From Candidatus Rifleibacteriota bacterium (lineage in GTDB: Bacteria; Muiribacteriota; Ozemobacteria; Ozemobacterales; Ozemobacteraceae): a stretch of DNA of 64,000 nt. Below the pieces are notes generated by a model. The model worked only from the letters and a program-made list of their open reading frames with translations. It did no database searches and was not told the DNA's origin. Below, piece after piece: positions 51,499 to 60,559 of this stretch (position 1 is the stretch's first letter; every line of letters starts with the position of its first letter). The position numbers and the translations under genes were made by a program. Location of the stretch: NCBI GenBank assembly GCA_024710355.1, contig JANJUX010000033.1, positions 181,981 through 245,980 on the forward strand. Reading direction: 5' to 3'.

Positions 51499-51947
51499 AC
51501 AGCCGATGCCTTGATGAAGAGCAGCTGATCAGCCTTTACTATGACGAAGACGAGGCTGCCGCATGCAGAGAGCACATAAGAGAATGCCCGGCCTGTCAGC
51601 AGGCTTTCGCCGAAGTATGCAGCGAGCTTGCCGAAATCGACCTGCCGGTGCCCGATGGCGGCCACCGCGCCGTCGCCGAAGCACTCAAGCTCATCGGTCG
51701 GCAGCAACCGGCAGCGGATCGTGACGAAATCATGACCCTCGAAGAGGTCGCCGACTGGCTCAAGGTGGGTTCGCACGCCCTTGCCGGCATGCTGCACCAG
51801 CTGCCGCATTTCATCGTTGCCGGCCAGATAAGGTTCAACCGCCGGCTGCTCGAAAATCATCTGTTCAATCGCCGGTCTGAGGCTGAGAATAAGGCGCCAG
51901 ATCAGCCCCGGCAGCGTTTAAAAGTCGTTGGCGGCCGCGCCGCCTGA
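51495..51947 (+). CDS. zf-HC2 (ZAS-type) anti-sigma domain fused to excisionase-type HTH; no TM segment
   Basis: HIRECPACQ = H-x3-C-x2-C; C-terminal MTLEEVADWLKVGSHALAGMLHQLPHFIVAGQIRFNRRLLENHL resembles HTH_17/Xis; 4-nt overlap with sigma gene. Confidence 0.6.
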   Translation: MNSRCLDEEQLISLYYDEDEAAACREHIRECPACQQAFAEVCSELAEIDLPVPDGGHRAVAEALKLIGRQQPAADRDEIMTLEEVADWLKVGSHALAGMLHQLPHFIVAGQIRFNRRLLENHLFNRRSEAENKAPDQPRQRLKVVGGRAA

Positions 51948-51960
51948 AGGGAGACTGCCC

Positions 51961-53493
51961 ATGTCAGTAGTTTCAACCCGCAATCTCGAACTGTTCAGCC
52001 GCAAGTTCGGCAAAATGCTCGGTTCAGGTATTCCGCTGCTGAAGGCACTTGAACTGCTGCAACGCGAAGAGGGCGATTCGCCGCTGGGCGCCATTATCGG
52101 CCAGATCTGCAGCCGGGTTCGTGAAGGTTATACCTTTTCCAGCTGTATGAGCCTTTTTCCCGGCGTTTTCACCGAAGTATTCGTCGCCATGGTCAAGGCC
52201 GCCGAGAACCAGGGCCGACTCGATCAGGGCATGGTCGAAATCGCCGACAGCCTCGCTGACGGCACCCTCGAAGCCGGCCAGGGCGGCGGTGAAATCAACG
52301 AAGCTGCCGGTGCGGCCGAAGATGCCAATCTGCAGGTTATCAAGCTGGTTAACCGTGTTATTTCAGACGCGGTAAAAGAAAAGCTCGCCCGCGTCGTCTT
52401 TAAACCCGAACGTGACCACGTCAAGCTCAATGCTGCCAGGCAGAACAGCCTCGAAGCCCGCGAAAACTTCGATCACCCGACCTATGACCGTATCGTTGCA
52501 CGCATCAAGCTTATGTCGGCACTCGATATCAGCGAAACCCGCCTGCCGCAGGACGGTCGCATGCTGATCAAGGTCGAGAACGAGCTCGTCGATATCCGCG
52601 TGCAGCTGGTTCCGACGGTGTTTGGCGAGCAGATTCTGCTGTTTTTCAGCCGCCCCGATGAAGTTGCACCGCCTGTCTCGGCAGTTTTCCCCGATGAGGC
52701 GCAGCGAAAGCAGATCGTCGGACTGCTGCAGAACCTTAACCGTGGCCTGGTCATCTTTGCCGGCCCGCACGGTTCAGGCAAGACCACCAGCCGCGATACG
52801 GCCATGTCGATACTTAACGACGGCACCAGAGTCATTTTCGAAGTCGGGCGTATTTACAAGGCGATCGATGGCATCGGCTGCATTCAGGTCAAACCGCATA
52901 TCGGCATGACGATGCCGGCCGCCATCAGGGCTGCCGTGCGCGCCGAGGCACATGTGATCGTAGTCGAAGAGATCAGCGACGAAGAAACGGCCCTCGAATG
53001 TTTCAAAGCTGCCAACGACGGCATTCTCGTGCTGACCCAGATGCATGCCCGCAATTCTTCTGAAGTGTTCAGACAGCTTCTGAATCTGAAGGTGCCGCCA
53101 TTTCAGCTTTATGACGGCATTGGTACCGTGGTTTTCCAGATGCTGGTGCGCAATGTCTGCCCTGACTGCCGGCGCGAACTTGAATTCACGGCAAAAGATT
53201 TTGCCAGACTCAGTCTGGTCGATTTCAAACCCGGCCGTTACAGCGACAGCAAGGGCTGCGCCAGTTGCCGCAACTCTGGCTATCGTGGTATGCACCCGTT
53301 TTACGAAATCACCGTGCCGAACAAAAACCTCAAAGAGGCGATCATCAAAGGCGACAGCAATCAGATAACCCTTGCTCTCGAAGCCATGCATGGTACCTGT
53401 CTCGAAGCGAAAATCCGCACCTGGGTCGAAGAAGGCCACACCAGCCCGGCCGAAGCTGCCCGCATTCGCACGATTCTGTTCGCCCAATCCTGA
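51961..53493 (+). CDS. GspE/PilB-family secretion ATPase with N-terminal GspF-type (T2SSF) cytoplasmic domain fusion
   Basis: T2SSF-like LELFSRKFGKMLGSGIPLLKALELL...VFTEVFVAMVKAAENQGRLDQ; GspE N2/CTD RIKLMSALDISETRLPQDGRMLIKV...DIRVQLVPTVFGEQILL; Walker A GPHGSGKTT; tetra-Cys CPDC...CASC; AAGGGAG RBS. Confidence 0.7.
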   Translation: MSVVSTRNLELFSRKFGKMLGSGIPLLKALELLQREEGDSPLGAIIGQICSRVREGYTFSSCMSLFPGVFTEVFVAMVKAAENQGRLDQGMVEIADSLADGTLEAGQGGGEINEAAGAAEDANLQVIKLVNRVISDAVKEKLARVVFKPERDHVKLNAARQNSLEARENFDHPTYDRIVARIKLMSALDISETRLPQDGRMLIKVENELVDIRVQLVPTVFGEQILLFFSRPDEVAPPVSAVFPDEAQRKQIVGLLQNLNRGLVIFAGPHGSGKTTSRDTAMSILNDGTRVIFEVGRIYKAIDGIGCIQVKPHIGMTMPAAIRAAVRAEAHVIVVEEISDEETALECFKAANDGILVLTQMHARNSSEVFRQLLNLKVPPFQLYDGIGTVVFQMLVRNVCPDCRRELEFTAKDFARLSLVDFKPGRYSDSKGCASCRNSGYRGMHPFYEITVPNKNLKEAIIKGDSNQITLALEAMHGTCLEAKIRTWVEEGHTSPAEAARIRTILFAQS

Positions 53494-53515
53494 TTTTCTA
53501 AGAGCTCAATCAGAC

Positions 53516-53550
53516 GGTTATCAAAGCGCAGGCTGCGATAACCGTTTTTG
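53516..53550 (+). terminator. possible terminator GGTTATC-N14-GATAACC-GTTTTTG
   Basis: 7-bp inverted repeat followed by T5; lies between convergent genes. Confidence 0.4.
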
Positions 53551-53635
53551 TTACCTGTTTGTTTATCAGCGCAGATCGAATTTTTGGGCGTTAGACAGGG
53601 CGTCGAACCGATAAACGATCCTGGTTTTACAGCTT

Positions 53636-56071
53636 TTACCAGGTCTTTGGGCCGCGGCTCTGCAGAACACGCCTGATTTCGCGCAGCAGTTCCGCCGATG
53701 ACAGAGGTTTGTAGGCAAAGCCGGCGATGCCTTCCTGGGCTGCTTTTGTACGGTCAATCTGGTCTGAGTGCCCGGTGACAATGATTACCGGGGTTTCTGG
53801 CTTCAGCTGCAGAATCTTTCTGGCCATGGCGGCCCCGGTCATTTCTGGCATGGTCATGTCGGAAATGACCAGATCGAAAGCCTCAGGAGCTTGTTTAAAA
53901 GCTTCAAGGGCATTGACAGAACTTGAGAAGGTGGTGACCTGATAGCCAAAGCCCTTCAGAATTTCTGAGTTTACTTCAAGGATCATCGATTCATCATCAA
54001 CGAGCAGGATTCTCCCGCTGCCTGACAAAGGTTCCTGTGCTGGTTCCGGCAGGTTCTGGGGTATTATGTCGCTTTCTACCGCCGGAAAAAAGATTTCAAA
54101 AGTCGTTCCTTTTCCGACTTCTGAAAGAACTCTGATTTCGCCGCCGTGTTCTTTGACTATGCCATGCACAACGGCAAGGCCCATACCCGAACCCTTGAAT
54201 TTTTCCTTGGTGGTGAAAAATGGCTCGAAGATTCTCGGCAGATTTTCCGGGGTGATACCATGCCCTGTATCTGAAACCGCCAGTTTAAGATACTGTCTGG
54301 TTTTGTCGCAGGCAGCACTGCTTAATCCTTCGGGCAGAAGCGACTCTGAAACCTCTATTTTGAGACTGCCGGGTTCACCCGCCAACGCATGCATTGAATT
54401 AGTGCATAGATTCATCAGAATCTGGTTGACCTGATTGCTGTCGGCGAGTATTTTGCCCTGCGAAAGCCACACTTCTTCGATTTTCATGGTCGATGGCAGG
54501 GTTGGGCGCAGCATTTTGATCGCATCTCTGGCTTCATCTGCCAGACAGACGACTTTCTTTTCCGATACATTTTTGCGACTGAAGGCAAGAATCTGTCTGA
54601 CGAGATTTTTGGCTCTTTCTGCCGCCATTTCAATGTTTTCAAGATTCTTGAGCATTGCAGTCTGGTTGTTCAGTCGATTTCTTGCCATGCCAAGGTTCCC
54701 GATAATCACGAAAAGAATATTGTTGAAATCGTGGGCGATGCCGCCGGCCAACCTGCCGACCGCTTCCATTTTCTGGGTCTGCAGAAGCTCACTTTCAAGC
54801 TTTTTTTGCTCAGTAATGTCGTTGCCGATGCACAACATCTCTTTGAAACTGCCATTTTCATCGTAAATTGCCCGATTGGACCAGCGCACATAAACTCTTG
54901 CCCCATCGCCACAGAGATTTTCATTTTCGACGACGATATGGTTTGCCGGGTCTGAAAATACCGGTTCAATAATGGTTTTAATTTCCGTTCCGTCAGTCTG
55001 GGCATGTGGCAGAATTGTCTCGTAAATTGATTTGCCAATTAATTGTTCGGAACTGAATTTAAGCAGTTTTTGCCCGAACTGGTTGATAAAACATATTCGC
55101 TTTTCTGAATCGAGCCGCAGGATTACCGAGTTGGCCAGTTCGACAAGATTACGAAAATCCTTTTCCTGGGCGGCCAGTTCTTTGGTTTTCTGCTGCACCA
55201 GATGCTTCATCAGGCGCATGCCATAAAGGGTGAACCCGGTAATGATTATGAGAAGCGAAAGAACTACGCTGACCCATTTCGGAATGAAGCTTTTTCCCGG
55301 TTTTGCCGCCCCAAGCCAGAAATCCAGCTTTTCATGATAAAAAGAGCCCTCCACCGACTTCCATTTTTTGAGTTTCTTGTCGAGGCGCTCCAGCAGGTCA
55401 GCGTTGTAACCCTTCTTTGTCGCAAAAAAAACGTTGAATGGCGAAAATTGAATCGATGTCGATACCAGACCATGTTCATGGCAGAATCTCAGGCCGAAGT
55501 GCTGCGGTGCAACGCCTGCAACGGCTTTTCCCTGGGCCACCGCATCGAAAACTTCATGATGAGTCGCCAGCTCGATGATATTGCTTTTTCCGCCAAAACC
55601 GGCCAGCGTATCGATAAAATTCTGGCCGTTGATATCTTTTTTCATTATCGCCACATTTTTGCCGCGGAGGTCGAGAATGTTGTTGATGCCGCTGTCAGGG
55701 CGGGTAAAAACCTGACCCCAGATCAGCACTACCGGTTCATGGCTGAAATCCATGATTTCCTGGCGTTCCGGGGAAATGGCGACCGTGGTCATCAGGTCGA
55801 TCTCGCGATTCTGCAGCCTCTCGTAGCACTCATTCCAGCTTCCAGGCACAAAAACCGGGTGGCGGTCCGAAGTTTTGAACGCTTCTTTGATAAGATCTGT
55901 GTTAAAACCAGTCGCTTCATCGCTGCTGTCGTAAAAATTCAGCGGCTCGAGAGGAAAAACACCAACTCTGAAAATCTGTGCGTCTTCGCCGGCAACAACT
56001 GCACAGTTGATCAGGCCAAAAAATACCAGAATAAAAAGCAGGTATTTTCTCATTCTCTCCCTCAATTTCAA
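53636..56071 (-). CDS. hybrid sensor histidine kinase/response regulator with periplasmic solute-binding (SBP_bac_3-like) sensor and PAS domain
   Basis: Signal/TM, periplasmic SBP3-like domain, TM, PAS, HisKA (GIAHDFNN), HATPase_c (DTGHGI...GSGMGLAVV), C-terminal REC (LLVDDE...DLVISDMTMP). Confidence 0.85.
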   Translation of the reverse strand: MKLRERMRKYLLFILVFFGLINCAVVAGEDAQIFRVGVFPLEPLNFYDSSDEATGFNTDLIKEAFKTSDRHPVFVPGSWNECYERLQNREIDLMTTVAISPERQEIMDFSHEPVVLIWGQVFTRPDSGINNILDLRGKNVAIMKKDINGQNFIDTLAGFGGKSNIIELATHHEVFDAVAQGKAVAGVAPQHFGLRFCHEHGLVSTSIQFSPFNVFFATKKGYNADLLERLDKKLKKWKSVEGSFYHEKLDFWLGAAKPGKSFIPKWVSVVLSLLIIITGFTLYGMRLMKHLVQQKTKELAAQEKDFRNLVELANSVILRLDSEKRICFINQFGQKLLKFSSEQLIGKSIYETILPHAQTDGTEIKTIIEPVFSDPANHIVVENENLCGDGARVYVRWSNRAIYDENGSFKEMLCIGNDITEQKKLESELLQTQKMEAVGRLAGGIAHDFNNILFVIIGNLGMARNRLNNQTAMLKNLENIEMAAERAKNLVRQILAFSRKNVSEKKVVCLADEARDAIKMLRPTLPSTMKIEEVWLSQGKILADSNQVNQILMNLCTNSMHALAGEPGSLKIEVSESLLPEGLSSAACDKTRQYLKLAVSDTGHGITPENLPRIFEPFFTTKEKFKGSGMGLAVVHGIVKEHGGEIRVLSEVGKGTTFEIFFPAVESDIIPQNLPEPAQEPLSGSGRILLVDDESMILEVNSEILKGFGYQVTTFSSSVNALEAFKQAPEAFDLVISDMTMPEMTGAAMARKILQLKPETPVIIVTGHSDQIDRTKAAQEGIAGFAYKPLSSAELLREIRRVLQSRGPKTW

Positions 56072-56313
56072 TCATATGGTTTTTACTGAAAAAAGCTACC
56101 TGTATTTTGAGAGACAGAGAAATAAAAAAGGCGGGCAGCCGAATGCCTTAATTACCGGCTCCCGCAAGCTTTGCGAAGGGGTGCAAAGTTGCATGCTGCT
56201 TTTTTTATGAATCAAACAACACCTGCTGATAAATCTGCAATTTAAGCTATTGTCGAACCAAAAGACCGGTTGATGGTAAAATGGTTTATCTTCTGGTTTT
56301 TTATGAGGTTTTT

Positions 56314-57285
56314 ATGAATCATAGGCTTCTGCTTCGCCCTGCTCGGCTGTTTCTGGCGATTGTAATGTGTTTTGCGACACAATTTTCCATGGCATCCGTA
56401 AATGAGATCAGGATAGTTCTCATCTCTGACCTGAACGATGCCTATGGTTCGACCTCCTACAGCCCGCAGGTTGCTACGGCCCTGAGTTTTATTGCCAGCC
56501 TGAGCCCGCACCTGGTGTTGTGTGCCGGCGACATGGTGGCCGGGCAGAGCAACAAAATCCCTGTCGATAAGTTCCCGCTTATGTGGAGCTCTTTTAAAAC
56601 AGAAGTTCTTGCCAGGGTAAACAGCTCGGGCGCCCCTTTTGCATTTGCGTTCGGAAACCACGACGGAGCCGGTCAGCGCTTTATTCATGAACGAAATGCC
56701 GCGATAGAATTCTGGAGGCAAAACCGGCCAGAATTGAAATATATCGATGCGTCCGGATTCCCGGAGTATTACAGCTTTGAGCTGGCAGGCCTGTTCTTCG
56801 CGATATTTGATGCGTCTTCCGCCAAGATTGAAAAAGAGCAGCTTGACTGGCTGCAGAAACAGCTTTCAGGCAGCATTGCGAGGCGGTCGAGAATTCGGGT
56901 GGTTATGGGCCATCTGCCTCTATATGCTGTTGCAGAAGGCAGAAACAAGGCAGGCGATGTCATCGGCAACGCCGATGATTTCTTTCAACTGCTCGAAAAG
57001 CATTGCGTGAATTACTATATCAGCGGGCATCATCACGCTTTTTTCCCATCCAGAAAGGGAAATGTCAGATTTATTTCGGCGGGCTGCCTTGGTGGTGGGC
57101 CTCGACGCCTGGTGGGTTCGACGCAGCGACCTTTTAAGGCTCTCACGCTTCTGTCGCTTTTTCCAGAAGACAATGAATTTAAAATGCAGACCTACGACAT
57201 GACGTCTCAACCCGAAGAAATATCCATAAGGGACCTGCCCGCATCGATAGCCGGTTTCAACGGCATTTCATATCGATACCCCTGA
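56314..57285 (+). CDS. secreted calcineurin-like metallophosphoesterase
   Basis: Signal peptide; motifs IVLISDLND, CAGDMV, FGNHDG, VVMGHLP, ISGHHHAF. Confidence 0.7.
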   Translation: MNHRLLLRPARLFLAIVMCFATQFSMASVNEIRIVLISDLNDAYGSTSYSPQVATALSFIASLSPHLVLCAGDMVAGQSNKIPVDKFPLMWSSFKTEVLARVNSSGAPFAFAFGNHDGAGQRFIHERNAAIEFWRQNRPELKYIDASGFPEYYSFELAGLFFAIFDASSAKIEKEQLDWLQKQLSGSIARRSRIRVVMGHLPLYAVAEGRNKAGDVIGNADDFFQLLEKHCVNYYISGHHHAFFPSRKGNVRFISAGCLGGGPRRLVGSTQRPFKALTLLSLFPEDNEFKMQTYDMTSQPEEISIRDLPASIAGFNGISYRYP

Positions 57286-57371
57286 ACCATTTCAGATCGC
57301 AGTCTGAACGTGGCTTGTGATTTGATAAGATCGGTAGTGACACGAAATTTGAAAGAATGTAGAATGACGGC

Positions 57372-58076
57372 ATGATTACACGTATCTATCGCTACAAGAT
57401 TCGCGAGGGTTGCGAGGAAAAGTATCTGCGTATGCAGGAGCGGGTGCTGACATTGTACCGCCGACTGGCCGAGGTCGATGTGCTGTTTTTGCGTGACGAA
57501 AAAGATTCAACGCGGCGCACTGAAGTGGTCAGATTTCTCGGAATCGATCCCGTTGAGGATATTCGGCGGATCGACACTGATCCTTTGATCATGCAGCTTT
57601 TTGCCGAGTTCAGCTCTGATATTCTCGATCCGCAGAATCCGCAGATTGAAGAGGAAAACTGCGTGAGTGAAGGCCTTTCTGCTACCGGCAGGCTGCATCA
57701 TGTCGAAATCTACTGCTCGGATCTGAAGAAAACGGCGGAATTCTGGGGCTGGTTTCTGTCTGAGCTCGGTTATCATGAGCTGCAGAAATGGCCTTCCGGA
57801 ATCAGCTTCATTCTTGCCGACACCTATCTGGTTTTTGTACAGGCTGACGCAAAGCATTTGGCCACGCCTTTTCACCGCTGCCGACCCGGCCTGAATCATC
57901 TCGCCTTTCACGCTGCGAGCCGGCGTCAGGTTGATGAAATCACAGAAAAACTTCGTGAACGCGGTGTGGTAATTCTCTACGCCGACCGTCATCCGCATGC
58001 CGGCGGCCCGGATTCTTACGCAGTGTTTTTCGAAGACCCTGAACGTCTCAAGGTCGAGCTGACCTGTAGTTTATAG
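57372..58076 (+). CDS. VOC (glyoxalase/bleomycin-resistance fold) family protein with N-terminal extension
   Basis: LHHVEIYCSDLKKTAEFWGWFLSELGY...LNHLAFHA VOC motifs. Confidence 0.5.
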   Translation: MITRIYRYKIREGCEEKYLRMQERVLTLYRRLAEVDVLFLRDEKDSTRRTEVVRFLGIDPVEDIRRIDTDPLIMQLFAEFSSDILDPQNPQIEEENCVSEGLSATGRLHHVEIYCSDLKKTAEFWGWFLSELGYHELQKWPSGISFILADTYLVFVQADAKHLATPFHRCRPGLNHLAFHAASRRQVDEITEKLRERGVVILYADRHPHAGGPDSYAVFFEDPERLKVELTCSL

Positions 58077-58138
58077 CGCTCAAATTGAAGCGCAAATACT
58101 GCTGAAGCTTTCGAATAGTAAAATTGTTGGAGGTCTGG

Positions 58139-58678
58139 ATGAAGAAATTTATCAGTATTTTGTCGGGGTTTTTGCTGGTTTTTTTGGCCGTGGCAGGTTT
58201 TGCCCAGGAAGCACAGATGGCGCAGAAAGCTGCAGACAATGTTTCCCTGCCGAACGGCTTTTATCTGATTCTTGAGGAGCAGGCCGATGCTTCGGCGTTA
58301 CAAAAGCCCGCTGAAAATGAGGTGATCGTGACTTATACCCTCGATCATCTGGGTGTATACGATCAGCCGCCCCGCCATTTTCGGGTAAAAACTGTGCCGG
58401 ATGTAAATTTCAGCTCTGATGCCAAAGCAGAAGTCGGCGATAAAAATGAGGGGAAAACCACCCTGAACATCGCTCTAGGCGAAGGCAACGCCGTTGAATT
58501 TCAGAAGTTTACGGCGGCCAATATCGATCGGACTGTGGCAATCATAATCGGCGGCAAAGTGGCTACCGCCCATAAAATCAGAAGCGAAATCGTCGGCGGG
58601 AAAATTCAGATTACCCGTTGCGGGGATGACGCCTGTGAAAAACTTTACCTGTGGCTTAAAGACTCCGTCGAAAAGTAA
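58139..58678 (+). CDS. small secreted protein with SecD P1-head-like motif
   Basis: GGAGG RBS; signal peptide; AIIIGGKVATAHKIRSEIVGGKIQIT resembles SecD periplasmic head motif (weak). Confidence 0.4.
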   Translation: MKKFISILSGFLLVFLAVAGFAQEAQMAQKAADNVSLPNGFYLILEEQADASALQKPAENEVIVTYTLDHLGVYDQPPRHFRVKTVPDVNFSSDAKAEVGDKNEGKTTLNIALGEGNAVEFQKFTAANIDRTVAIIIGGKVATAHKIRSEIVGGKIQITRCGDDACEKLYLWLKDSVEK

Positions 58679-58769
58679 ACTGCAAGGTCGGGGTCGCAGA
58701 TGGACTGGAATGCTTTTGCCGACGTTGCCAGTCTGCTGAGGCTGATGTCATGCGATAGGGAATCTGGTT

Positions 58770-60554
58770 TTACTTGTGCATAATCAGCGAGGTGGGTTTT
58801 TGCGGTATCAGACCGGGAATTACGCCACCGATCTGGCACGTAAGGATTGTCCACATCGGGTATTCGCGACTGGCAGACAACTGCAGCAGATGGTCGTGTG
58901 CGGCACGGGGGAAAACCGTCTTGATCGCGAGAAGGGCGTTTACCACCGCTTTGACCTTACCCGGGTTTCTGGTTCCGAATGGGGTCTGCACAAAATCCTT
59001 CCAGTTGCCCTGGGCGTTGCCAAAGCTGGTGATGGTCTTTTCAACGGCATTGCCAAGACTGATAAGGCTGGCAAATCTCTTTGCGTCAGCAGAGCCGGAC
59101 TTCTGCCAGGCAATGACCTCCGGCCTTTTCCCGATACCGTTTGTGAGCTGGTCGAGAGCGCTGTAAAGAGCGCAGTGTGAATCCTGAACGCATGAAACAT
59201 CGGGTCTGACCATAGAACAGCCAGAGCCAGAACCGGTGCGGTATTTTGCCATCATTTTTTCAAGTTCGCGTTCGAGTCCACGCATCGGTCTGATCGCCTG
59301 GCCGTTGATGTTATAAGGCTCAAGTTCATTAATTTTTAAAACAGTATCGGCTACAGGTATCGAATACATCCAGCCGCGGCGCAGGTTGCCCATGTAGGCA
59401 TGCCATTTCATAGAGCCCGAAACCACTTCTTCACGGTTGTGCCCATAAACTTGTTTGTATTCAATATCCCAGCGCGGTTCGCCGGTAAAGCGGTCTTTGA
59501 CCACTTCGGCGAAACCGAAGGCAAAGTGGCCGGTGACGAGGTTCAGCAGATCCATGGCGCCGGGTTTCTGATTGGCGGTTTTACGCCAGCCGAACAGATG
59601 AATGAGCAGGTGGCGGCCGCCGACCGGCCACTCTCTGGCAATGCCCTCTGTCTGGCTTCTGGCACTGTAGGTTTTGCGAAACAGTCCGGGCTTGAGATCT
59701 GCAAAAACTCCGTTTCTCGCAAAATCTTTAATGTCGCCGGGTTGATCAAGGCATTTTGTCGGGCTCAGCAACAGCGGCAGCCTGGGCTCGATTGCTTTGA
59801 CCAGAAAACTCTTTTTAAGCTTTTTGCCATAAAGATACCAGCCGCCACTGTTAAGGCCGGTGTCTTCGATCTGTTCCACAGATGTGTTGGGAGCATCTTC
59901 GTTAGGCCTTGCTTTGCGCGGCATGATCGTGATCACTTCTTCGGGGCCATCAAATTTCCGGGTCGCCGGGTTGTAGTGAACGATGGTTCTTAAATTGCCT
60001 TCAGCCTTGCCTTTAAAACGTGCCAGACAGACGTGCGAGCCATTAACCTGTAGCGGTTCCTGAGAAATATACAAAGTGCCATCGCGATAAACCGCATTTT
60101 TCAGAATCACTTCGATCGTGCCTTCGCTGCGGTTGGCGGCCAGCGATTCAAGCGGGCTTACCTTTTTCCAGCCGTCGAGAATAGTCGGGAAACGGCAACC
60201 GGCGCGCTCGCCGAAGGCCTGGGTCGCCGGGTCGAAGTTGACATCTACAGAGAGTTCATCGAACCAGTTTTCGTCTTTGTCTGAGCGGTTCCAGGCAAGT
60301 TTGACGAAGCGGCCGATCAGTTCACGGTTTGGACTGGAAAACACCAGCATTGGAACAGAGCCCCCCGGCAGGCGTTTTGCAAGCGGTGGCAGAATAATCT
60401 GGCCGCCCCATTCTCCTATTGATTTGTAATACGCCGCGAAATCAGCCGGATTTTGGGCATTCATCTGCTCAAAAAGCCCGGCATGCAGCGAAGAACTGAT
60501 CAGTAACAGAAATACAATCAGGGCTGACAGTCTATTCGGCATAAAATTCTCCAT
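58770..60554 (-). CDS. secreted hypothetical protein
   Basis: 594 aa, signal peptide LSALIVFLLLISSSLHA; no family recognised. Confidence 0.45.
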   Translation of the reverse strand: MENFMPNRLSALIVFLLLISSSLHAGLFEQMNAQNPADFAAYYKSIGEWGGQIILPPLAKRLPGGSVPMLVFSSPNRELIGRFVKLAWNRSDKDENWFDELSVDVNFDPATQAFGERAGCRFPTILDGWKKVSPLESLAANRSEGTIEVILKNAVYRDGTLYISQEPLQVNGSHVCLARFKGKAEGNLRTIVHYNPATRKFDGPEEVITIMPRKARPNEDAPNTSVEQIEDTGLNSGGWYLYGKKLKKSFLVKAIEPRLPLLLSPTKCLDQPGDIKDFARNGVFADLKPGLFRKTYSARSQTEGIAREWPVGGRHLLIHLFGWRKTANQKPGAMDLLNLVTGHFAFGFAEVVKDRFTGEPRWDIEYKQVYGHNREEVVSGSMKWHAYMGNLRRGWMYSIPVADTVLKINELEPYNINGQAIRPMRGLERELEKMMAKYRTGSGSGCSMVRPDVSCVQDSHCALYSALDQLTNGIGKRPEVIAWQKSGSADAKRFASLISLGNAVEKTITSFGNAQGNWKDFVQTPFGTRNPGKVKAVVNALLAIKTVFPRAAHDHLLQLSASREYPMWTILTCQIGGVIPGLIPQKPTSLIMHK

Positions 60555-60559
60555 GCTTT

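Noticed and set aside
52774-53487. 237-aa minus-strand ORF
   Set aside because: Antisense to the GspE-like ATPase gene with conserved Walker motifs.
55202-56089. 295-aa plus-strand ORF
   Set aside because: Antisense to the hybrid histidine kinase gene.
56100-56210. possible structured small RNA upstream of the histidine kinase (near-palindrome CGCAAGCTTTGCG, T7 run)
   Set aside because: Stems are short (5 bp) and no known riboswitch/sRNA consensus recognised; insufficient evidence.
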